Shown: positions 27,480-32,000 of the stretch, in pieces
Layout: every line of letters begins with the position of its first letter
How positions within the stretch are numbered: the stretch's first letter is position 1
Assembly: GCA_964565725.1 (NCBI GenBank)
Contig: CAZMGA010000003.1
Coordinates: 8,300-40,299 of the forward strand
Length of the DNA stretch: 32,000 nt
Direction of reading: 5' to 3'
Source: an uncultured archaeon
Lineage (GTDB): Archaea; Iainarchaeota; Iainarchaeia; Iainarchaeales; 0-14-0-20-30-16
Made by a program: the position numbers and the translations under genes
Notes under the pieces: generated by a model
Told to the model about the DNA's origin: nothing
Databases searched by the model: none
Seen by the model: the letters and a program-made list of their open reading frames with translations, nothing else

Positions 27480-30400
27480 ATGAGTAAATTAAATATTTTT
27501 GGTTTTTTAATAGTTTCTTTGTTTTTAATTAGTTTTGGATTTGCTTTAGATAAATGTGTTATGAATGCTAATAATTCTTTAAATAAAGGGTGTTATATAC
27601 CTTTAAGTAATGAAAATATAGGGGAATATAAATGGGAAACACACAATTTAACTTTAAATATTGATAATTTAAATGATTTTAAGTTTTATTTGCAAGATGA
27701 TTTGAAAAGTATTTATTATCCTAGTTTGGATGAAATATCTGCAAAAATGTCTAATTTTTCTGTAAAATATAATAGTCCTTATAATATTGTTGAAATCTAT
27801 CCTTTCTGTTATTCTTATCCTATAAGTGTAGCTAGTTTATCTAAATATAAAATTAGTTGTTCCACTACTAATACTCTTAGATTTTGTGATTTATCTACTG
27901 GTGAAAATGTTTTAGGACATCCAGATGAAGATATTAAAGGTACATTAAATACAACTACTAAAACTGTTTCTTTTAAAGATTTTGTTTTTAATTATGATAC
28001 TTATAATAAAATATATAAACAATGTGCATCCTCTAAAGATTGGGATTGGAATAAAAATTATTTATATTATTTATCTTTTCCTAACAAATGTGAAGGTTAT
28101 GATTTAACATTAAATAGTACTTATAACTATAAATGTAATGGTAATGATAATAGTTTAGATATTTGTGATATAAAAACAGGAATCAAATATAATGATTTAA
28201 AAGGCGATCCTTTTACTAGTAATGGGGTATTAAAATTAGCTTTTTATTCTTCAGAATTTGTTAATGGTCCTTTAGTTTTAACAACTACCCAATATACATC
28301 TGCACTTAATAAATGTAATTGGAATAAAAACTATTTAAACACAAAATGTGATGGTTATAATTCTTTTTGGACTTTTGATTATAAATATAAATGTGGTCCA
28401 AATAATACTTTGTCTTTTTGTCATGCAAATAGTGGTTTAGTATATAATAATTTTGTGGGTTCAAAAGATTCTTCTACTAATACTATTATATTTAAAAATT
28501 CATTATCTTCTACAAATGTTTTTTCAGCTACTGTTGATAAATATTTAGAATATTATAGTAAATGTGGTTGGACTAAAAATTTAGTGTGTGAAGGTTATGA
28601 CTTTAAATTAAATAGTGGTTTTAACTACAAATGTAATGGCAAAGATAATAGTTTTGATATTTGTAATATAAAAACCGACAAAGAAAAAAAAGATTTAAGT
28701 ATTTCTGTTAACAAAACTTTAATAGATTCACAAGAATCTAATGAATTAAGATATTATGTTGATGATTCATATAATACTTTAACAATTGATCAATACAAAT
28801 CTATGCATAGCAATTGTAATTGGAATGTAAATTATTCTTATCCTAAATATGAAGAATGTAAAAGCTATGGTTTAATTTGGAATGATGTTTATAGATATAA
28901 ATGTGGTACCAATAATATGTTATCTTTTTGTAATTTGAAAACAGGTGTAAAAAATGATAATTTATTTGGTTATTTAGAAAATGGTAAAGTAAATTTTAAA
29001 ATTATGAAAACTTCTTCTACTTTGTTTTCTTTGGATAAAACTAAATATATATACAATTATACTCAATGTGGTTGGACACAAAATATATTTAATAATGAAT
29101 TCACAAAACCTTGTACACTTGATGGTACTAATGTTGGTGAATGTTATATAGAAATAACTGCTGATTATATTGCTTCTGTTAAAAATCCTATGACTTATTC
29201 TTGGGCTAAAAAAAATATTGAAATATCAGCTATAGATGGTCTTAACATATATGTTGGAGATAACCAAATTAATATATTTAATGATGGTGTTTTAGAATTA
29301 ACTGATTTTTATTTATACTGGAAAGGTCTTGAAGGAGAAAGTACTAAAATTAATGTTCTCCCAAAAGCACCAAAAACTACAACAACTACTAAAACAACTA
29401 CAAAAACAGTAGATTATTCTAATTGTGTTGCTAAAAAAATAATTTTAAAAGGGCCAGGTAAAATTACTAGTAATATTTATTGTTTAAATGATTCTACTTG
29501 TAAAATTAATCCTGAAACAGAATTAAGTTTATTCTTAACAAATATTTTGAATTTAGTAACAACTGTTAATACTAAAGTAATTGAAGGTCATTCTGGTTCA
29601 ATTTGTTTTTCTGAAGAATATAAAGACAAAATATTAGAAAAATATCCTATAATTTTTGATGATGATACACAAATTTTTGAACAAGCAAAAGATGGAATGT
29701 TTAAATTAAAAAAAGAAGAAGCTTCAGAACCTGTTGAAGAAATTTCTGAACCTACTAAAGAAGAAGTACTAAAAGAGTCTGAAAAAAATATTCAATATGT
29801 GCCTCATGAAATTAAATCTTATAATGGTATAACTCCTGCATTATTTAGAGCTGACGATTATACTAATAAATATTATAGTTTAGTTAATGAATTAAATTTA
29901 AATGAATATAGTTTAAATAGCCAAACAGCAGGTATTGGTTTTAATAATACTAAGAAAAAAGAAATTTGGTATAGAATGCCTGATTGGAAATGTGATGATT
30001 TTAGAAATAGAGATGAATATAGATATAAAACTAATGATGATTTACCTAAAGAATTGGGAACTATAGAACATCCTTATGATATAAGATTTTATTATACATC
30101 TTGTGGACAAGTAAAAGACAATGTAAAAGAAATAAGAAAATTATTATTTGAAGCATTAGATAAAGTAAATATAACTGAAATTGATGTATATGATTTTGGG
30201 ACATATTTCTATGTAAAAACAACTTCTGATAATGTATTATATAAATTATTACCAAAAGAATTACAAAATAAAGAATTATTATTAATTATGGATGAAGATA
30301 TGTTTGTTAGTGATTTATATTATTATGTAATTAGAGATGTAATTACTGAAGATAATATTCCTAATGTATCTGAAGAAGAGATTAAAAAAGAAGTTCAAAT

Positions 30401-32000
30401 GAAATCAGTAAATTGTGAAGCAAATAATACAGATTTAAAATATATAAATTTTGATTATGAAAATCCAAATTGTTCTGCTTTAGATTCTAATGGTCATTTT
30501 TGTGATGCTGAACAATTATATACTTATTTAAAAAATAAAAATAAATCTATAAAAACAGATTTAGATAGTATAGTTGGAAAAAACTTTAATAAATTTGAAA
30601 ATGATTTCAATTTAAATAATAAATATTATTATACTTTGAATGATGTTCCTGTTTTAATTAATACAGGTATAAATCCAGATTATATAATATCTGAACAAAA
30701 CAATTTTATAGATAATAAATTGATTGGTTTAGATTTAGTATTAGTAAAAGATGGGGCTTGTAGTTCAATTGGAACTTATAATTCAAAAATAGATAAATGT
30801 TTTGTATCAAAAGATAATTTCAATGATATAGTAAATGGTGTGGATAATTATATGCCTTATTATATGGTAAATTTGAAATCTTCTAAATTTGCAGAATATT
30901 TATTATTAACTAGTATTAATATAGATCCTAGTGAATATGGTTATGAATATGTTTTATTAAAACCAGGAAATTATAATTTACAAAACTTTGGTGGAAAAAG
31001 TATATCTGTAAATGAATATGAGGGTTTATTAGATGGAAAGGTTATCCCAGTAATTATTAAATATGAGTTTAATGATAAAAAATTAGAATTCACTCCATAT
31101 TCAATATATGATGATATTTCTAAATTACCTAATTTATCTCCATTAACTTATTTCTCTTTAAATCCTGAAAGTAGAAATTTGTTAGTGAATAAAAATTTAA
31201 GATTAGGTTATAATAACGCAGATTTAGTATTAATAAATAATGATAATAAAGGTCAAAAATTAAATGTTGTTTTAGAAGGCAATGATTATAAATTTGAAAA
31301 AATAAATAATGGTTTCAAATTAACTTTACCATTTGATACAAATATGGATAGATTTGCTTTAAAAACAATTTTGCCTACAAAAGGAAATAGCTTGTGTTAT
31401 ATTACTAATAAAGATAATACAACTATTTTAAAAATTAAAGAATTAATTGCAGATACTAAAAAATCAGAATTGAATGAATTAATTCCAATATTAGAAAGAA
31501 CAAAAGAAATAGTAAAAACTACTGTTTTAAATGTTAATAATAATAAAGAATTAATAAATAATCATAAGTTTGCAAATGATTTGTTAAATAAATTATTAAA
31601 TAAAGATGTAAGTTATTCAAAAGATGATTCTATATTAAAAGGATATAATTTGTTAAATGAAGAAAATAAATATCTACAATTGTCTGCCTTAAATTCAAAA
31701 AATAGAATAAAAGCAAGATTATATTTAGGTATGAATATATTTAATTGTAATGATGTTTTAGAAACTCCATTACCAAATTCATCTTTGAAAACTGGTAAAG
31801 ATTTATTTGGAAATTCAGCAAGTTGTGTTAATTGTCAATATTTCTGGATAAAATCAGAAGATACAATTTGTAAATATAGTTCACAAAATAAAAAAGAAAC
31901 ATTAGATTTAACTCAAACATTAGATATTTTAAATAATTGGAATACTGAAGAAGAAGCTTTAGATAAAAAACAATTTATGAAATCTTTAGGTGTAGAAGTT
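27480..32000 (+). CDS. Giant secreted Cys-rich modular protein, 3' end beyond window (at least 1507 codons), function unknown
   Basis: Manual translation of frame 3 shows no stop from ATG 27480 to 32000: MSKLNIFGFLIVSLFLISFGFALDKCVMNANNSLNKGCYIPLSNENIGEYKW... ends ...NWNTEEEALDKKQFMKSLGVEV. N-terminal signal peptide; omitted from the ORF track, probably because no stop lies in the window. Confidence 0.9.
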   Translation, partial: MSKLNIFGFLIVSLFLISFGFALDKCVMNANNSLNKGCYIPLSNENIGEYKWETHNLTLNIDNLNDFKFYLQDDLKSIYYPSLDEISAKMSNFSVKYNSPYNIVEIYPFCYSYPISVASLSKYKISCSTTNTLRFCDLSTGENVLGHPDEDIKGTLNTTTKTVSFKDFVFNYDTYNKIYKQCASSKDWDWNKNYLYYLSFPNKCEGYDLTLNSTYNYKCNGNDNSLDICDIKTGIKYNDLKGDPFTSNGVLKLAFYSSEFVNGPLVLTTTQYTSALNKCNWNKNYLNTKCDGYNSFWTFDYKYKCGPNNTLSFCHANSGLVYNNFVGSKDSSTNTIIFKNSLSSTNVFSATVDKYLEYYSKCGWTKNLVCEGYDFKLNSGFNYKCNGKDNSFDICNIKTDKEKKDLSISVNKTLIDSQESNELRYYVDDSYNTLTIDQYKSMHSNCNWNVNYSYPKYEECKSYGLIWNDVYRYKCGTNNMLSFCNLKTGVKNDNLFGYLENGKVNFKIMKTSSTLFSLDKTKYIYNYTQCGWTQNIFNNEFTKPCTLDGTNVGECYIEITADYIASVKNPMTYSWAKKNIEISAIDGLNIYVGDNQINIFNDGVLELTDFYLYWKGLEGESTKINVLPKAPKTTTTTKTTTKTVDYSNCVAKKIILKGPGKITSNIYCLNDSTCKINPETELSLFLTNILNLVTTVNTKVIEGHSGSICFSEEYKDKILEKYPIIFDDDTQIFEQAKDGMFKLKKEEASEPVEEISEPTKEEVLKESEKNIQYVPHEIKSYNGITPALFRADDYTNKYYSLVNELNLNEYSLNSQTAGIGFNNTKKKEIWYRMPDWKCDDFRNRDEYRYKTNDDLPKELGTIEHPYDIRFYYTSCGQVKDNVKEIRKLLFEALDKVNITEIDVYDFGTYFYVKTTSDNVLYKLLPKELQNKELLLIMDEDMFVSDLYYYVIRDVITEDNIPNVSEEEIKKEVQMKSVNCEANNTDLKYINFDYENPNCSALDSNGHFCDAEQLYTYLKNKNKSIKTDLDSIVGKNFNKFENDFNLNNKYYYTLNDVPVLINTGINPDYIISEQNNFIDNKLIGLDLVLVKDGACSSIGTYNSKIDKCFVSKDNFNDIVNGVDNYMPYYMVNLKSSKFAEYLLLTSINIDPSEYGYEYVLLKPGNYNLQNFGGKSISVNEYEGLLDGKVIPVIIKYEFNDKKLEFTPYSIYDDISKLPNLSPLTYFSLNPESRNLLVNKNLRLGYNNADLVLINNDNKGQKLNVVLEGNDYKFEKINNGFKLTLPFDTNMDRFALKTILPTKGNSLCYITNKDNTTILKIKELIADTKKSELNELIPILERTKEIVKTTVLNVNNNKELINNHKFANDLLNKLLNKDVSYSKDDSILKGYNLLNEENKYLQLSALNSKNRIKARLYLGMNIFNCNDVLETPLPNSSLKTGKDLFGNSASCVNCQYFWIKSEDTICKYSSQNKKETLDLTQTLDILNNWNTEEEALDKKQFMKSLGVEV
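28020..29320 (+). repeat. Array of about five imperfect Cys/Trp protein modules within the giant ORF
   Basis: Module starts at about 28020, 28311, 28560, 28812, 29064 (spacings 291, 249, 252, 252 nt). Core: KCNWNKNYLNTKCDGYNSFWTFDYKYKCGPNNTLSFCHANSG / KCGWTKNLVCEGYDFKLNSGFNYKCNGKDNSFDICNIKTD / NCNWNVNYSYPKYEECKSYGLIWNDVYRYKCGTNNMLSFCNLKTG. Confidence 0.85.

Noticed and set aside
27180-27480. Possible ncRNA, tRNA or CRISPR element in the largest intergenic gap
   Set aside because: No tRNA-like GGTTCRA arm, no GC-rich island (ncRNAs in an AT-rich genome usually stand out) and no regularly spaced repeats. The sequence is explained by a promoter and a possible small ORF.
30061-30255. 64-aa minus-strand ORF (His/Tyr/Leu-rich)
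   Set aside because: Lies inside the open giant frame on the opposite strand and has low-complexity character; not credible.

Overview
This is a very AT-rich, tightly packed archaeal chromosomal segment. The informational genes are archaeal-type (PriS, Gins, aIF2-alpha, aIF2-beta, aIF1A, family B DNA polymerase, HerA, Rad50). The reduced enzymes and large secreted proteins suggest a DPANN lineage, but that placement is inference. Three blocks stand out. (1) 1-5183: a cell-surface cluster with a LamG-domain protein, a partial paralog sharing its C-terminal domain, and two membrane-anchored partners. (2) 8.5-23.9 kb: a housekeeping core with reduced or variant proteins, including a pyruvate kinase reduced to its barrel domain and a PriS with an extended Cys cluster. 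(3) 24.9-32 kb: a bacterial-type SLT/LysM-like lytic transglycosylase with a lipobox, a divergent thymidylate-kinase-like protein with a degenerate P-loop, and a giant open ORF (27480 to beyond 32000, at least 1507 codons). The giant ORF is missing from the supplied track. It carries about five imperfect ~84-aa Cys/Trp modules. The segment also shows a regular initiation architecture. Several first genes have a TATA-like box 28-29 nt upstream of ATG, while many other genes have a GTGAT/GTGAG Shine-Dalgarno-like motif just before the start, often containing the upstream TGA stop. This supports several start-codon corrections. I found no rRNA, tRNA, CRISPR array or transposase.
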